64,000 nt of DNA from assembly GCA_963758635.1 (NCBI GenBank), contig CAVWWD010000005.1:384001-448000 (forward strand), given 5' to 3'. This DNA comes from an uncultured Candidatus Rokubacteria bacterium. GTDB taxonomy: Bacteria > Methylomirabilota > Methylomirabilia > Rokubacteriales > CSP1-6. The notes beneath the pieces are model-generated. The model did no database searches and had not been told where the DNA came from. It worked only from the letters and a program-made list of their open reading frames with translations. A program made the translations under genes and the position numbers. Shown piece by piece: positions 9,593 through 23,697 of the stretch; within the stretch, counting starts at the first letter, position 1; the number at the start of each line of letters is the position of its first letter.

Positions 9593-10188
9593 GAGACGGC
9601 GCGCTCGCCGAGGCGCGGCTCGGTGCCGCCGAAGAGGCGCTCGATGTTCGGCCGATGACGCAGGACGATGATCGCGCCCGCGGCCACCGCGGCGCCGACC
9701 GCGGCCAGCGGGTAGCCGAGCAGGAAGACCCCGATGGGCAGCTCCACGCAGGCCAGGATCGACGCCAGCGACACGAAGCGGAAGCTCGCCGTCACGATGA
9801 CCCAGACCAGGGCGGCCGGCGCGGTGGCGAGCGGCGCCAGCACCAGGAACGCCCCGAAGCCCGTCGCGACCCCCTTGCCACCCTTGAACCCGAGGTACAC
9901 CGGCCAGCAGTTCCCCACGATGGCCGCCACCGCGCCGGCGGCCGCCCCCACCCCGGACGGATCGATCGCCCGCGCGAGCGCCACCGCGCCGTAGCCCTTG
10001 ACGATGTCCCCCACCAGCGTGAGGGCGCCGGCCATCGGCCCGAGGGTGCGAAGCACGTTGGTGGCGCCGATGGTGCCACTGCCGTGACGGCGGATGTCGA
10101 CGCCGCCCCGCGCGCGCGCCACGACGGCGCCGACGGGAATGGCGCCCACGAGATACGCGGCGACGACCGCGAGGAGGGTCAGGGCCAC
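9589..10188 (-). CDS. plsY: Glycerol-3-phosphate acyltransferase PlsY
   Basis: DIRRHGSGTIGATNVLR, FKGGKGVAT, HRPNIERL; GTG 10188. Confidence 0.93.
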   Translation of the reverse strand: MALTLLAVVAAYLVGAIPVGAVVARARGGVDIRRHGSGTIGATNVLRTLGPMAGALTLVGDIVKGYGAVALARAIDPSGVGAAAGAVAAIVGNCWPVYLGFKGGKGVATGFGAFLVLAPLATAPAALVWVIVTASFRFVSLASILACVELPIGVFLLGYPLAAVGAAVAAGAIIVLRHRPNIERLFGGTEPRLGERAVS

Positions 10189-10754
10189 CGCTCCTTCTCC
10201 TTCACCAGGTCTCCCGTCTCCGTGCGGAGGAAGAAGCCGTAGAAGTAGTGGGCGCCCGACAGTACGGTCACGATGAGCGCGACCCAGAGAGCCAGCGTGG
10301 ACACCACGTGGAACGGCCACGCCTCCGGCGGCACCCCCTTCTCCACGATCAGGATGGTGACGGCCACGTATTGCGTGACCGTCTTCCACTTGCCGAGCAT
10401 GGACGCGGGCACCAGGATGCCCATCGACAGAGCCACGCCGCGGAGCCCGGTCACGGCCAGCTCCCGGCCGATGATCACCACCGCCATCCACACCTCCACC
10501 ATGCCGATGTGCACGAGGGAGACCACGGCGGCGGCGACGAGCAGCTTGTCGGCCACGGGGTCGAGCAGGGTCCCGAGCCTGGTCACCTGGTTGAGCTGCC
10601 GCGCGATGCGGCCGTCCAGCCAGTCGGTGAGCGACGCCGCCACGAAGATCACGGCGGCGATCAGCACGTTCACGCGCTCCGAGGAGATCAGGAACACCAT
10701 CAGCAGCGGCACGAGCACGATCCGGACGAGCGTGAGGGCGATGGGAAGGTTCAC
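10179..10754 (-). CDS. pgsA: Phosphatidylglycerophosphate synthase
   Basis: TDWLDGRIAR...LGTLLDPVADK CDP-alcohol phosphotransferase motif; GTG 10754. Confidence 0.93.
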   Translation of the reverse strand: MNLPIALTLVRIVLVPLLMVFLISSERVNVLIAAVIFVAASLTDWLDGRIARQLNQVTRLGTLLDPVADKLLVAAAVVSLVHIGMVEVWMAVVIIGRELAVTGLRGVALSMGILVPASMLGKWKTVTQYVAVTILIVEKGVPPEAWPFHVVSTLALWVALIVTVLSGAHYFYGFFLRTETGDLVKEKERWP

Positions 10755-11527
10755 CGCCGCGCCTCCCGGCCGTCGAGCCGTCCTGGGGCGCCGGCCCCGG
10801 CCGCGCGCGGATCCGGCACGACAACCCCCTCGGCGAGGAGCGGCACCGAGTCGACGGACGCCACCGCGATGCAGGCCGCGAGGTCGGCGGCGCGGCCCGC
10901 GCGATCGAGCGTGCGAGCCCACGTCGAGTCCTCGCGCAGGCGTGACAGGTCGGCCCCGTAGTGCTGGCCGACGCGCCGCGCCGCCATCGCCCCGTCGGAG
11001 ACCTGCGTCGCCGCCCGGCCGGCCACGAGGAGGTCGACCAGGAGCCCCGCGCACACGGTGTCCTCGAGGGAGAGCTCGCCTGTCTCGCCCGCGCACAGGA
11101 TGGTCACGTCGCGGCCCTGCTCCGCCGCCCACTGCGCCGCCGCCTCGATGTTGGTGAGGGCGGCGACCGCGCCGACCGCGGCGGCGGCGGCGGCGAGCAT
11201 CGCGCGCGTCCCGTTGGTCGTGGTCAGGACGATCGTGCGGTCGCGCACGCGGCTCGGCACGAACTCGAGCGGCGAGTTGCCGAGGTCGAAGCCGTCGATC
11301 GGCTCCCCGCCCCGTTCACCGGCGAGGAGCGCCTGCCCGGGGGGCAGGCCGCGCGCGACCGCAGTGGCGCGATCGGCGTCGGGCACCGGGATCACGGCGC
11401 GGCACCCCGCCGCGCAGGCGGCCACCACGCTCGTGGTCGCGCGGAAGACGTCCACGACCAGCGCGGCGCGACCGGCGAGGCTCGCGCTCCCGAACTCCGC
11501 CGGCGTGAGCGCCACGTGAACCCGCAT
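10751..11527 (-). CDS. comB: 2-phosphosulfolactate phosphatase family protein
   Basis: VDVFRATT, LAGERGG, FDLGNSP, TTTNGT, EDTVCAG. Confidence 0.88.
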   Translation of the reverse strand: MRVHVALTPAEFGSASLAGRAALVVDVFRATTSVVAACAAGCRAVIPVPDADRATAVARGLPPGQALLAGERGGEPIDGFDLGNSPLEFVPSRVRDRTIVLTTTNGTRAMLAAAAAAVGAVAALTNIEAAAQWAAEQGRDVTILCAGETGELSLEDTVCAGLLVDLLVAGRAATQVSDGAMAARRVGQHYGADLSRLREDSTWARTLDRAGRAADLAACIAVASVDSVPLLAEGVVVPDPRAAGAGAPGRLDGREARR

Positions 11528-11538
11528 GGAGTCGGGGA

Positions 11539-13665
<2,127 letters not shown>

Positions 13666-13673
13666 GGGCTCGC

Positions 13674-14870
<1,197 letters not shown>

Positions 14871-14965
14871 CGTGTTTTCTCCTTTCTCGTCGCCGTCGGG
14901 CGGTCAACCCGCCTGCCTACTTCCTTCCGGCGCCCGATCTCCCCCCCACGTCGGTTCTTGAGGGG

Positions 14966-15826
14966 TCAGAGCGTGATCTCGGTGCCGATGCCCTCGTTGG
15001 TGAAGACCTCGAGGAGGATGGCGTGCGGCACCCGTCCGTCGATGATGTGCGCTTTCGCGGCGCCGCCCTCGAGCGCGCGCAGGGACGACTCCACCTTCGG
15101 CAGCATCCCGCCGTCGATCACGTTCGCCTTGATGAGCCGCGCCGCCGCCTCGCGGGTGAGCGTCGACACGAGAGTTCGCTTCTCGTCGAGGATGCCCTGA
15201 ACGTCCGTGAGATGGATCAGCTTCTCGGCCTTGAGGCCAGCCGCCACCTCGCCGGCCACGAGATCGGCGTTGATATTGTACGTCTCGCCGGCCGCCCCGA
15301 CGCCGACCGGCGCGATGACGGGGATCATCCCCTGCTCCTCGAGGAGCCGGATGACCTGCGGGTTGATGGCCTGCACCTCGCCGACGAGGCCGATGTCCAC
15401 CAGCTCGCCCGTCTCCGTCCGGTGCAACCGCCGGGTGGCCTGGATCAGGTTCGCGTCCTTGCCCGACAGCCCGACCGCGCGCCCGCCGTGCAGGTTGACG
15501 AGCCCGACGATCTCCTTGTTGATCTTGCCGACCAGCACCATCTCGACGATCTCGACGGTCTCCACGTCGGTGACGCGCATCCCGCCCACGAACGTCGGCT
15601 CCTTGCCGAGCCGCTTCATCAGGGCGCCGATCTGCGGGCCCCCGCCGTGCACGATGACGGGCCGGATGCCGACCAGGTTCAGGAGCACCACGTCGCGCGC
15701 GAACTGCTCCTTCAGCTCCGCGCGCTCCATGGCGGAGCCGCCGTACTTGATGACCAGCGTCTTGCCCCGGAACGTCCGCAGGTAGGGCAGCGCCTCCAGC
15801 AGCACTTCCGCCCTGGAACTGTCCAT
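14966..15826 (-). CDS. argB: Acetylglutamate kinase
   Basis: VIKYGG, VHGGGPQI, YNINAD, GGMLPK; ATG 15826. Confidence 0.95.
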   Translation of the reverse strand: MDSSRAEVLLEALPYLRTFRGKTLVIKYGGSAMERAELKEQFARDVVLLNLVGIRPVIVHGGGPQIGALMKRLGKEPTFVGGMRVTDVETVEIVEMVLVGKINKEIVGLVNLHGGRAVGLSGKDANLIQATRRLHRTETGELVDIGLVGEVQAINPQVIRLLEEQGMIPVIAPVGVGAAGETYNINADLVAGEVAAGLKAEKLIHLTDVQGILDEKRTLVSTLTREAAARLIKANVIDGGMLPKVESSLRALEGGAAKAHIIDGRVPHAILLEVFTNEGIGTEITL

Positions 15827-15829
15827 TAG

Positions 15830-15870
15830 ATGGGGGGGAGCGGCGCCGCTCCTCCCCCATGCCCCCCCAC
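15830..15870. repeat. GC-rich palindrome next to the argB start
   Basis: atgggggggagcggcgccgctcctcccccat inverted repeat. Confidence 0.6.
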
Positions 15871-15903
15871 CGCATTCTTCGTTTGCGTTGCGGGACACTC
15901 CGG

Positions 15904-16084
15904 GCTCATGGCCACCTCGATCCTCTCCGACCGGTGTCCCCGCCGGCAATGCACTCGCGTGGCGCGACGTGTCGCGCTCATTGCCACCGCAACCCGCTCC
16001 GACTCGTGGCCCCGCCGGCAACGCACTCGCATGGCGGGACGTGTCGCGCTCATTGCCACCGCAACCCGCTCCGACTGGGGTCCC
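15904..16084. repeat. 72-nt tandem repeat, about 2.5 copies
   Basis: gctcat(t/g)gccacc...ctccgac recurs at 15904, 15976 and 16048. Confidence 0.9.
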
Positions 16085-16099
16085 GTCTGCGACCGGCGC

Positions 16100-17461
16100 T
16101 CACAGGATGTAGCGCGAGAGGTCCTCGTCCTTGACCACGTCGGCGAGGCGGGCGGTGGACGTACTCGGCGTCGATGACGATGGTCCGGCCCGACTCCGTC
16201 CGGCGCCGTGAACGAGATCTCATCGAGCAGGCGCTCCATGATCGTGTAGAGCCTCCGGGCGCCGATGTTCTCGGCCCGCTGGTTCGACCAGCGAGGCGAT
16301 CTCCGCGATCGCCTCGACGGCGTCGGGGGTGAAGCTGAGCGTCACGCCCTCCGTCTTCAGCAGCTCGACGTACTGGCGCAGCAGCGCGTTCTCCGGCTCG
16401 CCAAGAATGCGGACAAAGTCGGCCCGGGTCAAGGGCTCCAGCTCGACACGGATGGGGAACCGGCCCTGGAGCTCGGGGATCAGGTCGGCGGGCTTGGCGA
16501 CGTGGAACGCGCCGGCGGCGATGAAGAGCACGTGGTCCGTCCGCACCATCCCGTACTTGGTGCGTGACCGTCGGAGCCCTCGACGATGGGCAGGAGGTCC
16601 CGCTGCACCCCCTCCCGGGACACGTCGGGGCCCCGGCCCCCTTCCCGCCCCGCGATCTTGTCGAGCTCGTCGAGGAAGATGATGCCGGAGTTCTCCACGC
16701 GCTGGATGCCCTGCGCCACCGCCTCGTCCGCGTCCACCAGCTTCTGGGCCTCTTCCTGGGTGACGAGCCGGCGCGCCTCCGACACCTTGAGCCGGCGCCG
16801 GCGGGTCCGGCCGCCGGGCATGAGCTGGGAGAGCATGTCCTTGATGTTGATTCCGACCTCCTCCATGCCGTGCCCGGAGAAGATCTCGACGCATGGGGCC
16901 GCCGCTCGCCGCCACGTCCATCTCGATGATCCGGTCGTCCAGGCGGCCCGCGCGGAGCTGGGCGCGCAGCTTCTCGCGCGTGGCGTCGCGGGAGGCGTCC
17001 TGCGAGACCTCCTCGATGGTGCTCGACACGAACGCCTCGCCGGCACGGCGCGGCAGCAGGAGGTCGAGGAGCCGGTCCTCCGCCGCCGCCTCCGCCTTGT
17101 CGCGGACCGCCGCCGCCATCTCGGCCTTGACCATGTTCACCGACAGCTCGGTGATGTCGCGCACCATCGACTCCACGTCCCGGCCCACGTAGCCCACCTC
17201 GGTGTACTTCGACGCCTCGACCTTGAGGAAGGGCGCCTGGGCGAGGCGGGCGAGGCGGCGCGCGATCTCCGTCTTCCCCACCCCGGTGGGGCCGATCATG
17301 ATGATGTTCTTCGGCGCCACCTCGTCCCGCAGCTCGGGCGGCAGGTTCTGGCGCCGCCAGCGGTTCCGGAGCGCGATGGCCACCGCGCGCTTGGCGCGGT
17401 CCTGGCCGACGATGTAGCGGTCCAGCTCGGCGACGATCTGGGCGGGGGTGAGCGCGCTCAC
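16100..17461 (-). CDS. hslU: ATP-dependent protease ATPase subunit HslU (several frameshifts)
   Basis: [53 protein letters not shown]-terminal DLSRYIL. Confidence 0.93.
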
Positions 17462-18022
17462 GGCAGCGTCTCGACGGTGATGTGATCGTTCGTGTACACG
17501 CAGATGGACGCGGCGATCCGGAGCGCCTCCTCGGCGATGCCCCGGGCGTCCAGCGTCGAGTGCGCGCGAAGGGCGCGCGCCGCGGCGAGCGCGTACGGGC
17601 CGCCGGAGCCGATGCCCACGAGCCCGTCGTCGGGCTCGATCAGGTCGCCGGTGCCGGAGACGATGAACGACACGTCGGCGTCGGCGACCACGAGGAGCGC
17701 CTCGAGCCGGCGCAGCACGCGGTCCATCCGCCAGTCCTTGGCCATCTCCACCGCGGCGCGGGGGAGGTTCCCGCGATACTCCTCCAGCTTGGCCTCGAAC
17801 TTCGCGAAGAGCGTGAACGCGTCGGCCGCCGTCCCCGCGAAGCCCGCGAGCACGCGACCGTGGTAGACCTTCCGGACCTTGCGCGCGGAGGCCTTCACCA
17901 CGGTCTGGCCGATCGACACCTGGCCGTCGCCGCCCAGCGCCACGCTGCCGCGGTGGCGCACGCAGACCACCGTGGTGGCGCGCAGCCGGCGTGGCCTCGC
18001 CGCCCGGATCGGATCGCGCCAT
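17458..18022 (-). CDS. hslV: ATP-dependent protease subunit HslV (frameshift near the N-terminus)
   Basis: [34 protein letters not shown]. Confidence 0.93.
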
Positions 18023-18925
18023 CACGCAGGGCCCGCCGCGGGGTGCGCGCGGGGGTGCGCCGCGTCGTACACCGTCATCAGGCGCTCCGGGCTCACGTGA
18101 GTGTAGCGCTGGGTGGTGGACAGGCGGCGATGGCCGAGCAGCTCCTGCACCAGGCGCAGGTCCGCGCCCTCGCCCATCATGTGGGTGGCGAAGGTGTGGC
18201 GGAACGTGTGCGGCGTCACGCGCCGGACGATGCCGGCCGCGCGCGCCTGGCGGCCGACGATCCGGTGCATGCTCCGCGTCGTCAGCCGTCCGCCGCGATC
18301 GTTGGTGAAGAGCGCGCCGCCCGTGGACGCGCGCGCCGACACGTATGCATCGAGGGCGCGTGAGGGCCGCGTCGCCGACCGGCACCACGCGCTCGTGTCC
18401 GCCCTTGCCGAGCACGCGGATCGTCCCCGGCCCCGGTCCAGGTCCGCCACGTCCAGGCCGCAGCACTCCGCCACGCGGATGCCGCTCGCGTAGAGGAGCT
18501 CGAGGATGGCGTGGTCGCGCCGGCCCGATGGCGTGTCGGCCGGCTCCCGGTCGAGCAGCTCCTTGGACTCGTCCTTGGGCAGGAACGACGGCAGGCGGTC
18601 GGGCACGCGCGGCGCCCGCACCTGGCGGGCCGGGTTCGACGCCACGAACCCGCGCCGGGCCAGGAAGCGGAAGCAGCTCCGGACCGCGGCGAGCTTGCGC
18701 GAGATGGACGCGCGAGCGAGCCCGCGCTGGTGCAGGCTCGCCACGTAGGCTCGTACGACGCGTGCGTCCACCATCGTCGGGCCCGGCCACGCGTGTCCGG
18801 TCGAGGAACTCCACGAAGCCCGCGAGATCGCCGGCGTAGCTCCGGAGGGTGTGCGGTGACGCGCGGCGCTCGCTGGCGAGGTATTCGAGGAAGGCGGCGA
18901 TGGGATCGGCGGGAGCACCAGCCAT
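18022..18925 (-). CDS. xerC: Tyrosine recombinase XerC (frameshifts)
   Basis: SPHTLRSY, LLYASGIRVAE, GKGGHERVVP, TPHTFRHTFATH, LLGH...TTQRYTH; topA-xerC-hslVU synteny. Confidence 0.88.
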
Positions 18926-18940
18926 TGAGCGACCAGCGCC

Positions 18941-21193
18941 TCAGGCGACGGTGGGCTCCAGCTCGGCCTTGTAGCCGCAGCCTTCCTTGACGCAGGCCCG
19001 CACCGTCTTCCCGCCGCGCAGGAAGCGCTCGGTGAGGAACGGGGCGCCGCACGTGGGGCACGGCTCGCCCACGGGACGCTGCCAGACCGAGAAGGTGCAC
19101 TTCGGATAGTTCGCGCACGAGTAGAAGGTCTTGCCCCGCCGCGACCGCCGCTCGACGAGCTGCCCGCCGCATCCCTCCTGGGGGCAGACAATGCCGAGGG
19201 GCACCGGCTTGGTCGTCTTGCACTCGGGGTAGCCCGAGCACGCCACGAACTTCCCGAACCGTCCGTGCTTGACCACCATGGGCTTGCCGCAGGTCGGACA
19301 GCTCTCGTCCCACGGCTCGTCGGGCGGCTTCTCCCGCGCCCCCGCGAGGTCCTTGGTGAACTTGCAGTCGGGATACGCCGAGCAGGCGAGGAACTTGCCG
19401 TACCGGCCCCACTTCTCGACGAGGCCCTTGCCGCAGTCCGGGCACGCCTCGCCCGTCTTCACGCCTTCCTTCAGGTCTTCCATCTTCCGGCCGGCGCGGG
19501 CCAGGTCCTTGGCGAACTCCTTGTAGAAGGCCGCCACCGTCTCCACCCAGTCCGCGTCGCCCTCCTCGATCTTGTCGAGCGATTCCTCGAGCTGCGCGGT
19601 GAACTCGACGTCCATGACCTCGGGGAAGTGCGGGACCAGCATGTCCGTGACCTGCATGCCGAGGTCGGTGGGGAAGAGCGTCGCCCGCTCGCGCCGCGCG
19701 TAGCCGCGGTCCTGGATGGTGGACAGGATCTGCGCATAGGTCGACGGCCGTCCGATCCCGCGCTCCTCGAGCGCCTTCACCAGCGACGCCTCGGTGTAGC
19801 GCGGGGGCGGCTGGGTGAAGTGCTGCTTGGGATCGAGCGAGCGGAGCTTGAGCACCTCGCCCTCGACGAGCGGGGGCAGCGCGATCTCCGCCTCGTCCTC
19901 CGGCACCTCGTCGGACTCCTCGCGCGACTCCACGTACACCGCGGTGAAGCCCGCGAAGCGAAGGCTCGACCCGACCGCGCGGAACAGGGTCTCCCCGGCC
20001 ACGATGTCCACGGCCATCGTGTCGTAGACGGCGGGGAGCATCTGGCTCGCGAGGAAGCGCTCCCAGATCAGCCGGTACAGCGCGAGCTGGTCCTTGGTGA
20101 GGAAGCGGGTGATCGCCTTCGGCTCGCGCGCCACCGACGTGGGCCGGATGGCCTCGTGGGCCTCCTGCGCGCTCTTCTTCGACCGGTAGACGGGGGGCGA
20201 CGCGGGCAGGTACTCCGCGCCCAGCCGCGCCTGCACCCACTCCCGCGCCTCGGCCTGGGCGTCCTGCGAGACCCGCACCGCGTCGGTGCGCATGTAGGTG
20301 ATGAGCCCGACCGCGCCCTCGTCGCCCAGCTCGATGCCCTCGTAGAGCTGCTGGGCGAGCATCATGGTCCGCTTGGCCGTGAAGTGCAGGCGCCGGCCCG
20401 CCTCCTGCTGGAGCGTGGAGGTGATGAAGGGGGCGGCGGGGTTCCTCCGGCGCTCCCCGCGCGTCACCGACTTCACCCGCCACTCCACGCCGTGGAGCGC
20501 GGTCATCACCGCGAGGGTCTCGGTCTCGCTCGGCAGGCTCACCTTCTCCCCGCGGATCTCCCGCAGGGTCGCCTCGAACTCGGGCAAGGCCTGCGCGCGA
20601 AGCCGGGCGTGGAGCGACCAGTACTCGACGGGAACGAAGGCGAGGATCTCGCGCTCGCGCTCGGTGATGAGGCGGACGGCCACGGACTGGACGCGTCCGG
20701 CCGAGAGCCCGCGGCGGATCTTCTCCCAGAGGAGCGGCGACAGCTTGTAGCCGACGAGCCGGTCGAGGACGCGCCGCGCCTGCTGGGCGTCGACCTTCTT
20801 CTTGTCGATCTTGCCCGGGTGCTCGAACGCCGCGCGCACCGCCCGCTCGGTGATCTCGTTGAAGAGGATGCGGTGGGTGTGCGCCTTCGCCACGCCCAGC
20901 TCCTCGGCGAGGTGCCAGCCGATCGCCTCGCCTTCCCGGTCCGGGTCGGTGGCGATGTAGAGCTCGTCCACCTTGGCCGCGGCCTTCTTGAGCTCGTCGA
21001 GCACCTTGCGCTTCGCCGGCACCACCGTGTACGCGGGCTTGAACTTCTTCGCCGTATCCACGCCCAGCTTGGACTTCGGCAGGTCGCGCACGTGGCCCAT
21101 CGAGGCCTTCACGATGAAGCCGGGATCCAGGTACTTCTGGATCGTCTTGACCTTCGCGGGCGACTCCACCACCACCAACGACCGCTTGGCCAC
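18941..21193 (-). CDS. topA: DNA topoisomerase I
   Basis: VESPAK, ATDPDREGE, SAGRVQS, ITYMRTD, C-terminal zinc ribbons; GTG 21193. Confidence 0.97.
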   Translation of the reverse strand: MAKRSLVVVESPAKVKTIQKYLDPGFIVKASMGHVRDLPKSKLGVDTAKKFKPAYTVVPAKRKVLDELKKAAAKVDELYIATDPDREGEAIGWHLAEELGVAKAHTHRILFNEITERAVRAAFEHPGKIDKKKVDAQQARRVLDRLVGYKLSPLLWEKIRRGLSAGRVQSVAVRLITEREREILAFVPVEYWSLHARLRAQALPEFEATLREIRGEKVSLPSETETLAVMTALHGVEWRVKSVTRGERRRNPAAPFITSTLQQEAGRRLHFTAKRTMMLAQQLYEGIELGDEGAVGLITYMRTDAVRVSQDAQAEAREWVQARLGAEYLPASPPVYRSKKSAQEAHEAIRPTSVAREPKAITRFLTKDQLALYRLIWERFLASQMLPAVYDTMAVDIVAGETLFRAVGSSLRFAGFTAVYVESREESDEVPEDEAEIALPPLVEGEVLKLRSLDPKQHFTQPPPRYTEASLVKALEERGIGRPSTYAQILSTIQDRGYARRERATLFPTDLGMQVTDMLVPHFPEVMDVEFTAQLEESLDKIEEGDADWVETVAAFYKEFAKDLARAGRKMEDLKEGVKTGEACPDCGKGLVEKWGRYGKFLACSAYPDCKFTKDLAGAREKPPDEPWDESCPTCGKPMVVKHGRFGKFVACSGYPECKTTKPVPLGIVCPQEGCGGQLVERRSRRGKTFYSCANYPKCTFSVWQRPVGEPCPTCGAPFLTERFLRGGKTVRACVKEGCGYKAELEPTVA

Positions 21194-21207
21194 GTTCGTA
21201 CGCTCCC

Positions 21208-22226
21208 TCACGCGCCGCCCGCGCGGGCGAAGCGCTTGCCGGCGAGCTGTCGCACGGTTCCCTCGAGCTCCAGCGTCAGCAGCAGCGCGGAGGCGCGGCC
21301 GGAGCTCATCCGGCTGCGCTCGATGATGTCTTCGATGGATACGGCCTCGTCGTCGCCGATGGCCCTCAGCACGTGGCCCTTGTCTCGATCATCACCATCA
21401 TCAACATGCCTGTCGGCATGTTGACCGTGGTCGTCTCGGTCGCGAGCTTCCCGCTGTTGGCACGGCGGCGCGTGGCGCGACTTTTCCGCGCGCGGCGGGC
21501 CGGAGTCACGGTCACGCAGGCTCGCCACTGGGAGGGGAGCTGGTTGACCACGTCTTCCCAGTCCTCGGCGAGGATCGCGCCGTCCTTGATCAGGCGGTGG
21601 CAGCCGCGGCTCGCGGGGGACGTGACGCGTCCCGGCACGGCCATCACCTCGCGGCCGAGGTCGGCGGCCCAGCCCGCGGTGATCAGCGCGCCGCTCTTCT
21701 CTGCCGCCTCGACCACGACCACCACCAGCGAGAGCCCGGCGATCACCCGGTTGCGCTGGGGGAAGTGATACGGCAGCCCGCGGGTGCCCGGCGCGAACTC
21801 CGAGACCAGCGCGCCCCGCTCCATGATCTCCCCGGCGAGGTGGCGATTCTCCGGCGGGTAGATGACGTCCACGCCCGTGCCGAGCACGGCGATCGTGCGG
21901 CCGCCGGCGCGCAGCGCGCCGCGGTGAGCGGCGGTGTCGATGCCGCGCGCGAGCCCGCTCACGATCGTCACGCCCCGCCGCGCGAGATCGCCGGCCAGCC
22001 GCTCGGCCTGCTCGAGGCCGTACGCGGTGGCGCGCCGCGCGCCAACGAGCGCCACCGCGAGGGCGTCGCCGGCGTCGATGCGCCCGCGCAGCCACAGCGC
22101 GGACGGCATCCCCGTCACGTCGCGCAGCTGGACGGGAAACTCGTCGCTCGACGCGTTCACGAGCCGCGGCGCCGTCGTCGTAGCGACGGGGAAGACGCGG
22201 CGTTCTCCCGATGTGTCCGTATTCAT
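21208..22226 (-). CDS. dprA: DNA-processing protein DprA (frameshift in the 3' part)
   Basis: VSGLARGIDTAAH, FPQRNRVIAGLS, SGALITA; winged-helix tail LLTLELEG in the second frame. Confidence 0.92.
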
Positions 22227-22274
22227 ACGCTTGTCGTCGAATTCGCTCGAGGCGCTCCTGGAACAGCGCGCCTC

Positions 22275-22302
22275 AGTATACCTTCGACGGTGATCGCGTC
22301 AA
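22275..22302 (-). promoter_or_regulatory. sigma70-type promoter upstream of dprA
   Basis: TTGACG-16 nt-TATACT. Confidence 0.6.
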
Positions 22303-22328
22303 GAATCGGACGGAACGACCGGCGCCGC

Positions 22329-22566
22329 TCAGCGCGCGCTGCGCTCACCGGCGCGGCCCGCGAGCAGGCGGCGCGCGCGCGTCGCCGCCTCCGTGCCCGG
22401 ATGCTCGCGCACCACGCGTTCCCGCGTCGCGCGGGCGCGCGCCCCGTCGTCGAGGCGCTCGTGGCACGCGGCGATCCGCAGCAGCGCGTCGGGCGCTCGA
22501 GGGCTCTTCGGGTAGGCGTCGACGACGCGCTGGAACTCCACGACGGCCTGGCGGAAGTCACGCTCC
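22329..22566 (-). pseudogene. C-terminal TPR fragment of a CpoB/YbgF-like protein
   Basis: ERDFRQAVVEFQRVVDAYPKSPRAPDALLRIA...EHPGTEAA; in-frame stop immediately upstream, no signal peptide. Confidence 0.6.
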
Positions 22567-22648
22567 CTTCACGGCAGTCGGACCGTAGCACTCGCCTCGA
22601 AGAAAAGTCAAATTTCCTGGGCGTTACGGCGCCGAGGGTGGTGCTAGC

Positions 22649-23659
22649 ATGCGCCCCATGGACGATCCCGCGTGGCCCTTCTGGGCGGCGGCGCTGCTCA
22701 CCGGCCTCGCGTTCGGCTTCGTTCTCCAGCGCGGCGGCTTCTGTCTCACTCGCGCGATCTCGAACCTGGCGCTGATGGGCGACGCGAGCATCATGCGCGC
22801 GTACGTGCTCGCCCTCCTCGTGGCGATCGTCGGCGTGCACGTCCTCATCGCCACCGGCCTGGTCGACGTGCCGGTGCGCCCGTTCCGCTGGGCCGCCAAC
22901 GTGCTCGGCGGGCTCCTCTTCGGCGTGGGCATGATCCTCTCCGGCGGTTGCTCGGGCAGCACGTGGTACCGCGTCGGCGAAGGGGCGATCGGCGCGTGGG
23001 TCGTGCTGCTCGGCTTCGCCATGGGCGCCACCGCGACGGCCGTGGGCGTGCTGGCGCCGGTGCGCGCCGCCCTCGCCGCGCCGGGCCTCACGATCGCGCA
23101 CGCGGGCGGCGGCTCCCCCACCCTCGCGAGCGTGCTCGGCCTCTCGCCGTGGATCGTGATCGCCGTCCTCGCGGTGGCGGGCGGGGCGTGGATCGCGCGC
23201 GGGGCGAGGGAGCCGGAGCACGGGAAGTGGCCGTGGCCGCTCACCGGCGTGGCCGTGGGCGTCCTGATCGCGGTGGGCTGGTGGACGTTGAGCTTCGGCG
23301 ACCGACCCGTGGGTATCACCTTCGCCTCGAACACCGGCCACCTGCTGACGTATCCCCTCGTGGGCTATCCCAACCGGGTGACGTGGAGCATGGCCATGCT
23401 GCTCGGCGTGCCGGTGGGCGCGTGGGTGGCGGCGTGGCGCGCCGGCGAGTTCCGCTGGAAGCTGCCGCCCGGCTGGAGCCTGGTGAAGATCTTCGGCGGC
23501 GGGCTCCTGATGGGCGCGTCCGCGCTCGTCGCCGAGGGGTGCAACATCACCCAGGGGCTCACGAACTCGGCCACGCTCTCGGTGGGGAGCCTGGTGGCGT
23601 TCCTGGCGATGCTCGCCGGCGCCTACGCGACGCTCTGGACGCTCTACCTCCGGAAGTGA
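22649..23659 (+). CDS. YeeE/YedE family (thiosulfate/sulfur compound) transporter
   Basis: Hydrophobic; RGGFC, GGCSG and EGCNI cysteine motifs. Confidence 0.88.
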   Translation: MRPMDDPAWPFWAAALLTGLAFGFVLQRGGFCLTRAISNLALMGDASIMRAYVLALLVAIVGVHVLIATGLVDVPVRPFRWAANVLGGLLFGVGMILSGGCSGSTWYRVGEGAIGAWVVLLGFAMGATATAVGVLAPVRAALAAPGLTIAHAGGGSPTLASVLGLSPWIVIAVLAVAGGAWIARGAREPEHGKWPWPLTGVAVGVLIAVGWWTLSFGDRPVGITFASNTGHLLTYPLVGYPNRVTWSMAMLLGVPVGAWVAAWRAGEFRWKLPPGWSLVKIFGGGLLMGASALVAEGCNITQGLTNSATLSVGSLVAFLAMLAGAYATLWTLYLRK

Positions 23660-23697
23660 CGCGGAGACGCCGGGCCGGGCGGGCCCGCCCCTGCCAA

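Noticed and set aside
18022..18925. Tyrosine recombinase as a phage or island integrase
   Set aside because: The dprA-topA-xerC-hslVU context is the housekeeping arrangement; no att sites or cargo.
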